A stretch of 63,825 nt of DNA, filler included, from Thraustochytrium aureum (GCA_012862495.1; 7 parts of 3 records of this genome joined end to end with filler, not necessarily neighbours in it); one strand, 5' to 3'; counted from the first letter of the whole stretch, positions 23,556 to 34,852 are shown. Notes: generated by a model from the sequence alone, not told the origin. Program-made: numbers and translations.

Positions 23556-24374
23556 ATGCAAGCCTTCCGCGCCGGGCTGACCAAGTCCAGCAGCAACCAC
23601 TCCAGCAAAGCCGATCCTAGCCAAGGAGCAAAGCTGGCAGAGTCGCCTCTCGAATCTGCGCTGAGGCAAGTGCGCGAGCTTGCGGAAAGCCTTCTCGAGG
23701 GCCAACACGGCCGCATTGACTTGCGCGGCTTTGAGGGAGAGGGAATGACTGCAGAGCAGTTTCGAATCCAGCTCCGCTCCCAGTTCGGGCTTTCTCTATC
23801 CAGCGAAGAGGTCCTCGCGCTGGTCGAGCACATGGATGACGACAACAACGGTCTGGTCGACTACGCCGAGGTCATGACCAAATTTGTCAACCCCGAGCGG
23901 CTCCAGGTGCGGAAACACAGCAAGGCGGCAGGCTACTTGGGCAGGAGCGACCTCGACCGCTTCAACATGGTGATGGACAAGATTCGCCAGGCCGTAGAGA
24001 GCAGCGGACCCGCAACTGTCGCTGCAAGCGGCAAGCAAGGACGGCTTTTCGAGGTGTTTTCTGCCTTTGACCAAGACGGCGACGGCGAGGTCTCCCGGGA
24101 CGAGTTTGCCGATCTCCTCTTGGACAAACTGGGACTCGAGCTGCACGAGCGCGAGGTCGACGCCGTGTTTTCCGCTTTCGACCCTAACGGCGACGGTCAA
24201 CTCAAGTTTGTAGAGTTCAGCTTTGCGTACTACAATCGTCGTGCGTTTGGCGCGCGGCTCGCGCGGGCAGACGCTCGCAGCAAGCGCGGGGCCACGCGGA
24301 TGCGCAAGCCTTTCTTGCCCTGCAACCCGTTTGAGGCGCGCGCTGCGATGCATAGGGCCCCGGTCAAGCTCTAG
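23556..24374 (+). CDS. EF-hand calcium-binding protein
   Basis: EF loops DDDNNGLVDYAE, DQDGDGEVSRDE, DPNGDGQLKFVE; ATG 23556 preferred over the TTG-start extension. Confidence 0.9.
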   Translation: MQAFRAGLTKSSSNHSSKADPSQGAKLAESPLESALRQVRELAESLLEGQHGRIDLRGFEGEGMTAEQFRIQLRSQFGLSLSSEEVLALVEHMDDDNNGLVDYAEVMTKFVNPERLQVRKHSKAAGYLGRSDLDRFNMVMDKIRQAVESSGPATVAASGKQGRLFEVFSAFDQDGDGEVSRDEFADLLLDKLGLELHEREVDAVFSAFDPNGDGQLKFVEFSFAYYNRRAFGARLARADARSKRGATRMRKPFLPCNPFEARAAMHRAPVKL

Positions 24375-24689
24375 CTAGCTGGCCTGGCCCTCGCACCGCG
24401 CTCGAAAGCGACCAAGCCGAGCGCCGCCAACAGCTAAAGTNNNNNNNNNNNNNNNNNNNNNNNNNNNNNNNNNNNNNNNNNNNNNNNNNNNNNNNNNNNN
24501 NNNNNNNNNNNNNNNNNNNNNNNNNNNNNNNNNNNNNNNNNNNNNNNNNNNNNNNNNNNNNNNNNNNNNNNNNNNNNNNNNNNNNNNNNNNNNNNNNNNN
24601 NNNNNNNNNNNNNNNNNNNNNNNNNNNNNNNNNNNNNNNNNNNNNNNNNCTTGCTGGCTCTCACGAGCTGTCGTGGTCAGCAGCGTCGC

Positions 24690-24817
24690 CGCCCGCGGAA
24701 AACCCGCCCCGCGGAAAACCCGCCCGCCCGCGAAGAAGCCGCCGGCGAAGAAGCCGCCCACGAAGAAGCCGCCCGCGGAAAACCCGCCCGCGAAAAACCC
24801 GCCCGCGAAAAACCCGC
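24690..24817. repeat. Degenerate 15-bp tandem repeat (CCCGCGAARAASCCG-like, ~8 copies)
   Basis: Read directly; the + frame reads KKPPA/KNPPA repeats. Confidence 0.8.
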
Positions 24818-25051
24818 TGGTGTATCCGAGTTGCCATGCGGCCCCAAAGCCTGGCGCGCTCGACTGCCGTCTTCTCCACTTCTTCGGTCTCAACAAGTCC
24901 AGACCAGGGTTGCCCCTGCAGGTTTAACGCATGCTGGACCTTTCCTCGGTGTTTGCCGATGCCGCGGAGAGTGTCGGGTTTTCCCATTGCGGAACTCGGC
25001 GCAGATGTCAGCATGCCAATCCTCCAGCTTTAGCAGGTTCAGGGTTTAAAA

Positions 25052-26854
25052 TTAAATCACGCTCACGTGGAGCGAGGGTTGCTGCGGATCGTCGTCGCCC
25101 TTCGCGTCATCGTTGCTTTCAGAGTGCCCCAGGACCTCTTCGAGCATGACCGAAGACTGCAGGGACTCGTCAGGGTCGACGAGGAGCAGCTGGAGGCCCG
25201 AGTGCTCCGCTAGGATGCGCTTGACTGACTCGTAGTAGCCGCGGTACCGCGGCGAGCCACAGTCCACGACCAGCACCTTGAGTGAGCGCGGAAGCGAACG
25301 CCAAAACTCCAGGTGCAAGTGGAACGAGCAGCTCAGGACGAGCCAGCGAAGTGAGGTCAGCGAACCGACGACGTGCTGCAGCGTCTTGGAATCGACGCCA
25401 AATCCAAACGCGCAGTCCCAGATGTGCAAGCCCTCGAGCGCCTTGCAGTGCTCTGCAATGCAGTGCAACGCGCTGCCTGTCAGCTTGGCGGGCTTGTCGA
25501 ACCGAACGAGCGCCAGCGACCGGAGCGAAGCCCGCTCTAGCAGAGAGGCAAACCCCTCCAAGCGCCACGAAGGCCACCCGCACAGGAACACGTCACGGAC
25601 AGCGTCGGTTGCGTTTCCAGCTAGCTTGCGCGGGTCAAAGTTCGGCGTCCCGCCGCGGGAATTCATGAGGTCTGCGTGAACAGTGTCCACAACCGTCGGG
25701 TCGCGCTGGTGGTCGAAGAGATTGTCCCTCGCAAACCAGTGCATGAGGACACGCTTGGACCTGTGCAACTTGTAGTAGGTGAAGCGCGCGCCGTTGGTTT
25801 CGGGGTCCTCAAGAAAACCGCGCATCGCATATGCGCCGTCGGAGAGCGTTTGCAGTTGGAACAGGAAATTCCACCCACCTTCAGGAAACCGCACGGCGAC
25901 GCCACGCTCGGCCCCAGGAAGCCGCGAGGGGCAGTGCCAAAACATGTCTACATCCGCCGCCTGACGCACATTGTCCAAGGCGCCGAACATCGAGCGTGGC
26001 TTTGGGTTGGGCGACGGCGGGCATTCGCGGTGCTCTGGGGGGGAGTGCAACGGCAGGCGGCCGTCGCGCGGAGCCGGCGGCGCTAGCCAGGTCTCGCCGA
26101 TCTTGTCCATTTTGCGTCGCATCTCCTTGCGCCAGCCCGCCGGGGGCGCGGCCGGCTCGAACGATTCAAGTGGCACTTGGCTGGCGTGCACGCCGAAGAT
26201 CTCGCTGTAAAAGATCTGGTCCTTGTTTCGGCATCCTGCGAGCTCCCCTATGCACCGACTCGAAATGCACGGCAGCCTGGCGGCGTACGGGTCCATCCGT
26301 ACACGCTCCCGCTCGGCTTGGCTCAGGAATGATTCGCTTTCGACAAGGAGGCGGCGGCTCGAGTTGTCCTCGCAGCCGGTGGGGTCGCACCACCTCCCAG
26401 TGGCCACCTCGCACAGCCACACGTGGCCGCGAGCGAGGTGGTACTCGTGATGTTCTGTCGTGTACAAGATGAACCCGAACACATAGTCGAAACGGCCAGG
26501 GTAGGAACTGGTGATTTCTGCTACGTTGAGGGTGCAGCAGTTCAGGCTCGCGTTTTGCGTGACGTTTGTGAACCGGATCTTCACGGCCCCGAGGTTGTTG
26601 ATGAATTGTTTGAGCGGCTCGCAGGACCGAATCTCTTCGATGGTGGGCATCCGCTCGAGCCCCACTATGTTGAGTTTGTAAAAGCTCACGGCCTGCTCGT
26701 CGTGCTCTAGCACCTCATGGAAGACGTCTCGCTCTCGGCGCGTCATAACTGCCTGCAACTTCTTCAGCCGCGGGCTCTCCGAGGTAAAGTGCCTGTTGTA
26801 CGTCTCTGGCGCATAGAGGTACCAGTGAAACCCTGCCGTGCTCTGCTTGGCGTG
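25052..26854 (-). CDS. Hypothetical protein, 5'-truncated at the contig edge: transglutaminase-like Cys-His-Asp region plus C-terminal LRR-like repeats
   Basis: Frame open to 26854; NCCTLNV...GF...GHVWL....GRWCDPT; LRSLAL, CKALEGLHIWDC, LTSLRWLVLS, LPRSLKVLVV. Confidence 0.7.
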   Translation of the reverse strand, partial: HAKQSTAGFHWYLYAPETYNRHFTSESPRLKKLQAVMTRRERDVFHEVLEHDEQAVSFYKLNIVGLERMPTIEEIRSCEPLKQFINNLGAVKIRFTNVTQNASLNCCTLNVAEITSSYPGRFDYVFGFILYTTEHHEYHLARGHVWLCEVATGRWCDPTGCEDNSSRRLLVESESFLSQAERERVRMDPYAARLPCISSRCIGELAGCRNKDQIFYSEIFGVHASQVPLESFEPAAPPAGWRKEMRRKMDKIGETWLAPPAPRDGRLPLHSPPEHRECPPSPNPKPRSMFGALDNVRQAADVDMFWHCPSRLPGAERGVAVRFPEGGWNFLFQLQTLSDGAYAMRGFLEDPETNGARFTYYKLHRSKRVLMHWFARDNLFDHQRDPTVVDTVHADLMNSRGGTPNFDPRKLAGNATDAVRDVFLCGWPSWRLEGFASLLERASLRSLALVRFDKPAKLTGSALHCIAEHCKALEGLHIWDCAFGFGVDSKTLQHVVGSLTSLRWLVLSCSFHLHLEFWRSLPRSLKVLVVDCGSPRYRGYYESVKRILAEHSGLQLLLVDPDESLQSSVMLEEVLGHSESNDDAKGDDDPQQPSLHVSVI

Positions 26855-27109
26855 NNNNNNNNNNNNNNNNNNNNNNNNNNNNNNNNNNNNNNNNNNNNTT
26901 AATTAATTAANNNNNNNNNNNNNNNNNNNNNNNNNNNNNNNNNNNNNNNNNNNNAGCGCTCGCTTTTTGCGCAGGCACCCGCTTTTGATTGGTTGATTTG
27001 ATCAAGATCAAGAACAACGTTGACTCATCTTGTTTTGGCAGCTATAGCCTCGCTCTGCGTGGCTTGGGAGAGTGGCTTGTCTCTCGCGCGTCGAGCCGTG
27101 CAAGGACGA

Positions 27110-29015
27110 CTACTTTGCGAGCGAGGTCCCCGCGTCATCTTCAAGGCCCTGCTCCTCGTCGCCGTTCTGCGATCGGCTGTCCGCGCCGGCCCCGAAGTTG
27201 CGGGGCTTGAACGAGTCGTCCCACGGGGTTAGGCAGCAGCAGAGCGTCGCGTTGAGCCAGCCTGCGAGCGCGCTGGGCCCGTTGGCTTGGTAAGGGAGGC
27301 CCCGAGCGGAGAGGTAGGCAAAGGCGAGGGCATAAATGGCAACCCAGACCGCATAGGCGATAAAGCCGCCCGAGTTGACCCCGGAAAGGTACGAAATGCC
27401 CCAAAACGGGTTGATCAGACCGAGCACCAAGGCCACGCGACCGCTGTACTTGTGCCAGAACTCCCAGCACACGCGAGACCTGGCCTTCGGAGCGCCCTTC
27501 TCGGCGGCGTGCGGTCGGAAGAAAGCGTTGAGGGGCTGCTGGATCCCCAGAAAGGTGACCACAATGCCGATAAAAGAATGCGGAGCCGCCAGGAACTTGC
27601 CCGTACTAACCATGAGGATGGCCGCGACAAAGCCCATGACGCCCAGCGTGAGGCCGAGGGACTGGATACCGCGGTGCAGCTTGAACCACAGCGGATTTTG
27701 AATGCGCCCAAAGCGCGCGATGAAGACCCCGATCGGAAGCAGAAAGCCCCACGAGAGCGCCATGAGCACGCCGTGCGCAGTCCGCCAGGCCGGGATCGGG
27801 TCATTGTGGCAACTTTGCTGATTTGCATCCGCGAACGACGGGGACAGCAGAGTAGTTGAGCAGGTAGATGTCGTTCGTCTGGCCGAGCTGCAGCCAGAGC
27901 AGGCCGCCGGGCGAGGTCGCCATAGCCGACTGTTGGTTGCCAGTTGGCTGGGGAGGCTGCGCGCCGTCAGATGCACCGTCAAAGACGACCTGGGACCACG
28001 CATACGAGTTCATGCTGATTGTGTTCAGCTGGCCAGGCTCGTCCTGCGGTACCAAGGGTCCGCCAGACCCACCGTAGAGGAAAAAGGTGCCGTCTGCGCG
28101 GGTCGGGTCGGCGGCCATGGCGCCATAGTTGCGCGCGCGCACGCAGGTCTCGGCCATGGTCCATGTGGCGCGGAGCTGCTCTGTAGCGGGCAGCGCCGCA
28201 TTGTTCAGGTCGGGAAGGCTGAGTGTCCACATTTCGCTGCTTGGGCAGGGCCCGTACCCGCCAGAGCCGCATCCCCCGTACATGCCAAGGAGGAGGCCGG
28301 TCGGATTGGCTGGGTCAGCCATCGCAGCCCCTGCGACGAGGCAACGCGCGGAGGGGATGGCCCCACTCGTCGGTGTGACTTCGATCCATGCGTTTTGCCC
28401 GAGGCTGAAAACGAACGAGTTTTGCCAGCGCTTGCTGCGGTCAAACCCGTGCGAGATGGCCAAGAAGGTTGCGCCGTTCGGCGCGAGCGACACAACGCCT
28501 GCGGCGTGGCCATAGCGGGGCTCCGGTGCGTCCTGGCCAGTGCCGTCGTTGAGCTCGCGCCAGCTTTTGGATGCCAAGTCGAAGGACCAGAGGTCGTTGA
28601 GTACGACCTTGTCATCCGTCTCGCCGGCGAAAACGACGAGCTGGCCTGAGCCTTGGTCGACGCCGCCGCCGGTAGAGAAGCGCGGGGCGGGCTGCGTTGC
28701 GTCGCTGCTATCGTTGGGGAACAGCTCTGTCCACGTGCGCGCGGCAATGTCGAAGGCCCACACGTCCGAGTAGATGTTGTCCTGCGAGTCCCTGCCACCG
28801 TACAAGACGAGCGCGTTCCCGGCTTCCCAAAAGCTCAAGAGCGCCTCGCGTCGCTCTCCGGGGCCCGCGCCGTTCCCATCGCCCGCAACCTGCCAAGCTG
28901 CAGCCAGCGCATCTCCAGACTGCATCAGCAGCCTTCCCTGCGTGTCCGCGGTCGCCTTGGCAGCGCCGTTCGCAAAGACGGCCGCTAGCGCGCAAAGCAG
29001 CAGCGCGTTCCACAT
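27110..29015 (-). CDS. Signal peptide + Kelch beta-propeller + cytochrome b561 domain; homopolymer frameshift at ~27841
   Basis: Kelch units (LVLYGG..YSDVWAFD..TW; PAPRFS; LVVFAGE..LNDLWSFD; PEPRYGH); b561 helices with four His: AHGVLM, WFKLHRGIQ, PHSFIG, WHKYSGR. Confidence 0.85.
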
Positions 29016-29434
29016 CGTACTAGCGGCGCTCCGTCCAGCCAAAGAACGGTGGCGCTCGGCCGTGCTCGGCGCAACCTGCCTGGTACGTGTCGCGGGGTGT
29101 CACGGGCTGCGTTGGTGCTCTGCAAGGATACTTGGCGCCCAGTTGAGGGTCTGCCACTTGAAACCCTGACCTTGGACGCCGAGAGCTGGCAAACCAAACC
29201 AAGGCCGACGACCGTGACGTGAGCTGAACGGCAGGCCACGGGGGCCACGCCGGGCTCGTGGAGAAGACGGCCACCAAATTGCGCTGGCGCTTGGTGGGGC
29301 TGGCTCACCAATGCGCCACAGTCCCGGCGCTTTGCTGTTTTCCCGCATCTGCGCGCCGAACCGGCGGATGCACGACACGCGCGCACCCCTAGTGACGAGC
29401 GGCGCGTCGCACACCTTCGCCGCGCCAGCGGCCA

Positions 29435-29522
29435 CGTCACTTAGGGGTACAGTATGACGCGGCGGTACTCCCGTCCGCGCGCCTGCTCGCCGCGCCGCGT
29501 CACGTGTACACCCTAAATGACG
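29435..29522. promoter_or_regulatory. Imperfect ~30-bp inverted repeat in a divergent intergenic region, containing TGACG, TTAGGG and CACGTG motifs
   Basis: Left arm CGTCACTTAGGGGTACAGTATGACGCGGCG (29435-29464) against the reverse complement of 29493-29522, CGTCATTTAGGGTGTACACGTGACGCGGCG; regulatory role is inferred. Confidence 0.55.
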
Positions 29523-29797
29523 AGCAATACTGAGGAAGCGTCGTCAGGGGGCCTGGTAGTTACGTTTGAATCTACCTCGCGGGCAGCAAGCNNNNNNNNN
29601 NNNNNNNNNNNNNNNNNNNNNNNNNNNNNNNNNNNNNNNNNNNNNNNNNNNNNNNNNNNNNNNNNNNNNNNNNNNNNNNNNNNNNNNNNNNNNNNNNNNN
29701 NNNNNNNNNNNNNNNNNNNNNNNNNNNNNNNNNNNNNNNNNNNNNNNNNNNNNNNNNNNNNNNNNNNNNNNNNNNNNNNNNNNNNNNNNNNNNNNNG

Positions 29798-30420
29798 GGC
29801 AAACCAGGCGCGCGGCGCCAAAACGTCGGGCGGGCCGGCCCGCCAGCGACGATGCAGCGGTTTACGGACCCCAAGGTGCTCCTGGCGAACGAGCGGACGT
29901 ACATCGCGTGGACGAAGATGTCCGTGACGATCGGGTCGATCGCCGCGGGGCTGCTGGGCGCGGCGGCGGATAGCGCGCGAGTGAGGTTGGCACGGACGGG
30001 GAGGGGGAGACGTCGGTTTCGACAGAGATGACCTGGGTAAGTTGGACCGTGGAGCGGCCCCCCCCTGCGACGATGATACGATGAGGCTTGGGCTAACAGG
30101 ATGAGTCTTGGCTGGCTTGGATGGCGGTTGTTGCGCAGTGGATTGGCGCGATCTTGCTTCCAGTGGCCATCCTTTTCGCCATTTATGCAGGCGCGACCTG
30201 GTACCACCGCAACAACAAGATCCGACGATCAGACTTTCAGGACCTCGCGACGGAGACGTTCCCGCTCCTCCTTGGCGGGTAAGTTTTCTGCTCACCGCGC
30301 CGCATTTGTTGTGCTCTTCTGTCGGGCGCTGACCTTGTCGCGCGCAGGGTCCTGCTTTTCTCGCTCAGCGGCATCCTAGTCGCGGACGTCGTGCTTGGCG
30401 GTTCGGTCAAGGTAAAGTGA
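29798..30420 (+). CDS. VTC1: VTC1-like DUF202 vacuolar transporter chaperone subunit; exons <29798-29980, 30100-30278, 30348-30420; start possibly 29517 or 29852
   Basis: DPKVLLANERTYIAW motif; two GT-AG introns with GCTAAC/GCTGAC branch points restore a 3-TM protein ending ...GVLLFSLSGILVADVVLGGSVKVK*. Confidence 0.8.
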
Positions 30421-31134
30421 GTGAGCTAAAGCTCGCGAGCTGCACGCCAAGGCCGCAGAAACGAAACATATTTTCCTTTCTTTTTGAGCCGCTCGCGCGA
30501 GCACTTGCTGTTGCGCCGCCTCTTTTCCCTGCCCATTCATTGTCCCTGCGCTCAAACTTCCGTCCGTCGTGGCCGCGCTCGCACTTGCCGAGAAGTAATG
30601 CTCCGGCGGCTACGCACCGGCGGATGCCGTGCGAAACGGCTGTCCTCAAGTACGGAGAAAAGGAACCCTTACTTGCCCACGCGAGCTAGCACCGCAGCTG
30701 CCTGCCTCGGTGCAAATGCCCGAACCCAATTCGCCAAGCGTTCGTTACTTGCTCGCACCCCGGCTCGCAAATTCTCCGCTGCCCCACTCGGTACTTGGCC
30801 GTGGCACTTTCTGCCCCCGACCTACCGACAAAATACGAGACACAGCGATTGCGCCGATCGATATTTGCCGCTCGCCGCCGGCTCGACTGACGTTCTGGCT
30901 CGCACCTGGCACAATTTCTCCAGGTGCGTACCGCTATGAGGAGAGTGGCCCTGATAATCCCCATCGCCCAACTGTCCGAGATCGAGCCCATCGCCCGCCG
31001 ATGAGCAGCAGACCCCAAAGTGCCCAGAACAAGCAAGCACAAGAGCAGCAAGACCGAAGGCAGAAGAGCAAGAAGCAGACAGGCAGAGCGACAGGCGGAC
31101 GCGCAGAGCAAGCCCCGGCAACCAACCAGGCAGG

Positions 31135-31301
31135 ATGATTTTCCGTCAACTCTTCGACCGCGAAAGCTGCACCTACACCTACCTCCTGGGCGACGAGGAG
31201 ACCAAGGAGTGCTGCCTGATCGACCCCGTGTTCGAGCTGATGGACCGCGACACCGAGATGGTCAAGGAGCTTGGCCTCAAGCTGACCTACTGCGCCAACA
31301 C
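31135..31301 (+). CDS. ETHE1: Persulfide dioxygenase (MBL fold), N-terminal part; the rest is in the gap
   Basis: MIFRQLFDRESCTYTYLLGD..TKECCLIDPVFE..DRD...KELGLKLTYCANT is the characteristic ETHE1 N-terminus. Confidence 0.9.
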
Positions 31302-32107
31302 NNNNNNNNNNNNNNNNNNNNNNNNNNNNNNNNNNNNNNNNNNNNNNNNNNNNNNNNNNNNNNNNNNNNNNNNNNNNNNNNNNNNNNNNNNNNNNNNNNN
31401 NNNNNNNNNNNNNNNNNNNNNNNNNNNNNNNNNNNNNNNNNNNNNNNNNNNNNNNNNNNNNNNNNNNNNNNNNNNNNNNNNNNNNNNNNNNNNNNNNNNN
31501 NNNNNNNNNNNNNNNNNNNNNNNNNNNNNNNNNNNNNNNNNNNNNNNNNNNNNNNNNNNNNNNNNNNNNNNNNNNNNNNNNNNNNNNNNNNNNNNNNNNN
31601 NNNNNNNNNNNNNNNNNNNNNNNNNNNNNNNNNNNNNNNNNNNNNNNNNNNNNNNNNNNNNNNNNNNNNNNNNNNNNNNNNNNNNNNNNNNNNNNNNNNN
31701 NNNNNNNNNNNNNNNNNNNNNNNNNNNNNNNNNNNNNNNNNNNNNNNNNNNNNNNNNNNNNNNNNNNNNNNNNNNNNNNNNNNNNNNNNNNNNNNNNNNN
31801 NNNNNNNNNNNNNNNNNNNNNNNNNNNNNNNNNNNNNNNNNNNNNNNNNNNNNNNNNNNNNNNNNNNNNNNNNNNNNNNNNNNNNNNNNNNNNNNNNNNN
31901 NNNNNNNNNNNNNNNNGGTGTTGGCCGCGGTCTCCGACGAGTATCCGGAAAGGAGGAATCCAATACAGACTGCTTTGCTTCGTTTCGCTTCATTTCGTTT
32001 GGCTACAACATCCGCACTACACCCACCACAAAGGCTAGTCCCATCAGAATCAGAATTCAGATCCGAGCCTTGATCTCCCTCGAACAACGCGACTTGGCAA
32101 CCTAGAC

Positions 32108-33590
32108 CTATGTCGACCACTTTTTGTTGCACGAGGTCACCCCCGCAGTCTGCTCGCCGAAAGACCATGTGTTGTACATCAGCGTCGGGCCGAGGTTTTC
32201 AATGTGGTGAAACCAGCCCGCAGGCATCCAGAGGATCTCGCCCGGCTTGACGTCCACGATCATCTTGTTGTAGTGCGCCGAGCTAACGCCGGGCTTGTTT
32301 GGCTCCGGGATGTTGGCGTAGCAGAGGCCCTTGTTCTTGCCGACGCACCGTGGCGACAAAAGGTGAAAGTCGGAGGGCGGAGCAAGCGTGAGGCGCTTGG
32401 TGCCGGCGATCATGGAAATAAAGTTGTCGCAACAGTCCGAGTGGAACGCAGTCCCGCTCGTAGAGGTGCCCATCCAGAGACTCGGCCGCTGACGCCACCG
32501 CGAAGGGATGAGCGGCGGCCACTGCACGCCGAGCTTGCGCAGGGCCTCGGTCTTGACCTTCATGTTTCGTGGAAAGTTGCGGAGCCCGTTCTTGCGCACA
32601 ATCTGGCCGTCCGTAGAGATGGCCGCAAGCCCGGGCCCGAGGTCGATCTCGTTGCTGTCGATTTTCGCATTCGGGCGGTACTGCGAAAAGGTCTTGCCCT
32701 CCATGGTCTTGTCAAAGGGAAACATCTCGCGGAGCTCGTCAAAGGTCCAGGCGTGCGTCGTGAAACCGGCCTTGCGCAGGTTGTCCATGCGGAAGAGGAG
32801 GGGCTGCGCCACCTTGCGGAATCGCTGCGTGAACGTCTCTTGGTTGATCTGAATGTGCGCGCGCAGGATCGGCACAAACCGCTTGATGGGGTGCTTTTGG
32901 TACATGCGCACGTACTCTTGAACGCCCCACCACTCGTTGCGCTTCTGCGGGATGCTCGGGACAAACACGGTGGGCGCGGCCTCAAGCTCGGCAAAGTTTT
33001 CGAACAGCTCTTCGTCGCTCATGTCAACAAGGTTGGGGAACGGCCGGCTCAGCGCTTCTTCAATACTTGCCGCGCTGCGCGTCGAGCCAAGGTCGGCGAG
33101 CACCGCGGCGTCCGAGTCGCGTATGCTCTGCTCTGGGTACGCGTCCGCGTTGTCGTGCTCTTGGTCGTGCTCTTGGTCGTGCTCTTGGTCGTGCTGGTCC
33201 CCTTCCTCGTCGTCATCATCTTCTTGCGCGAGCCTTTGGCGCAGCGCTTCACGGTCCTCCTCGCCATACTCGGTGGGGCCTTCGGCCTGCTCTGCCGAGC
33301 CGGTGTCGAACGGCGCGGCTTCAGCGGCGCCGCTGCTGCTTCGGAGCCCTGGGAGTGGACGTGGAGCTCCCGTACGTCACATGGACATCGGCGATGCGGC
33401 CGCTCGACCGAGTCACGTACAGGTTGAGGAGCAAGAGCACCAACGTGACCACCATAAAGTAAAACGAGGCGGGCTTGTCGCCGAGCACCTTTTCGGCGAG
33501 TCGGCGTGCCGCCCCGCGCGTCACTTGTTCGTCCTCCGACTTGGCTTTTGCCCCAAAGAGGCCCACGGCCGTCCGCGTCCGATTCTTCAT
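32108..33590 (-). CDS. Type II membrane-anchored JmjC/cupin-8 2OG-Fe(II) oxygenase; frameshift at ~33350-33380
   Basis: TM FYFMVVTLVLLLLNLYV; acidic HDQE-repeat stalk; LWMG..TAFHSDCCDNF..GTKRLTLAPP..VKPGEILWMPAGWFHHIEN (HxD...H triad). Confidence 0.85.
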
Positions 33591-33775
33591 CTCGCACTTC
33601 GTCCCGCGATCCGTCAGCCAGCCGCAGTACGAAAGGAGTACTTTTCTTTTACTCGGGCGTGTCGAGCACCGCTTGCTCTTTCGAGCTGGTCAGCGCGTCC
33701 AACAATCGGGGTCTGCCTGCCTGACTGTCTGACCAAGGTCTGCCTGACTCGGCGACGCGAGGTGAAACATCGATG

Positions 33776-33805
33776 ATGTTGTTGTTGTTGTTGTTGTTGT
33801 TGTTG
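33776..33805. repeat. (TTG)n microsatellite in the JmjC/P4H divergent intergenic region
   Basis: Read directly from the sequence. Confidence 0.85.
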
Positions 33806-34809
33806 AAGGGAAGCGACGGGACTCGTCGAGCGGCTCCACCGCTCGGGCGCTCGTGGGGTCGATCGATCGAGCAGTGTGCTGTAGATGCAGGAGCCAAAGC
33901 CGATGGCTGACGGCGCCTTGTCTTGAGTGGGCAAGAGTACGACCACGATGTCTGGGGCTCCATTTCCTGGGCCACGGCGGCGGTCCTCCTTAAGCAGCAA
34001 AGCTGTTGCGCCCTCCGTCCGACCAGCGAAACACCCGCGCAGAGAGGGCGTTTTGAGGGTGCGTGCGCGCCCACGTTCTCGTGAGTTCCGTTCCTGGTCG
34101 TTGCAGGTGCACTTGCACAAGCAGACAAGCAGGGCAGGCAGCGGGGGCGCCCGTCGCCGCGCCGTTGGGAACAGCCGGAAAGCACCTTACGCGCTCGGCC
34201 CGCAGCAAGCGGGAAAGCGCTCCTCAAGGCTCGAGGACCGCTGTGAGGCGCTCGTCACACCGCGAGCAAGCCAGTTCCCCTCACAGTGGAGCGCTCTTGG
34301 CATGTACATCGCGGGCCCCGGTGAGAGAGTGCGCTCACAAGGCGCTCCTGGCGCCCTCCCACACAGTCGCCGCTCGGGTCTGGCGGGGTTTCCAGAGGGC
34401 CCCGCGAGAAACGGGAGGAATCGCGAAGAACTGGAGGGCTCTGTGGAGCGGTGGCGCGAAACGGTCTTCTGAGGAGGGCCGAACTCACAGGTCCACCAAC
34501 TTGAACCGGTTGACCTACTACTACCGACTTGCTCACTGTGCCACTACGAGCAGCTGGAGGACTCTGCTTCGCGGCGGAACAAGCGCAGCTTGCTTGCTTG
34601 CTTGCTTGTTGGTTTGGGGCGTGGATGTGCGATGGACTGGACGCCTCGAGCTCTTCGGCAGTCTCGATTCCCTCGGAGCTCTACTAGCTAGTACCCGTGC
34701 AGACCTGCTCGTGCCGATCGATTCCCTGGAATTGCCGTGCATGCGAGCTGACCCGAGTCGAGGCTGAAGCAGGCAGGACCTGCTGTGCAGTTCGACGAAT
34801 CACGCCGAC

Positions 34810-34852
34810 CGATCGATCGATCGATCGGTCGATCGGTCGATCGATTGATCGA
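34810..34852. repeat. (GATC)n tract; others at 33859-33870, 39499-39515, 40347-40378, 40927-40948
   Basis: Read directly from the sequence. Confidence 0.9.
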
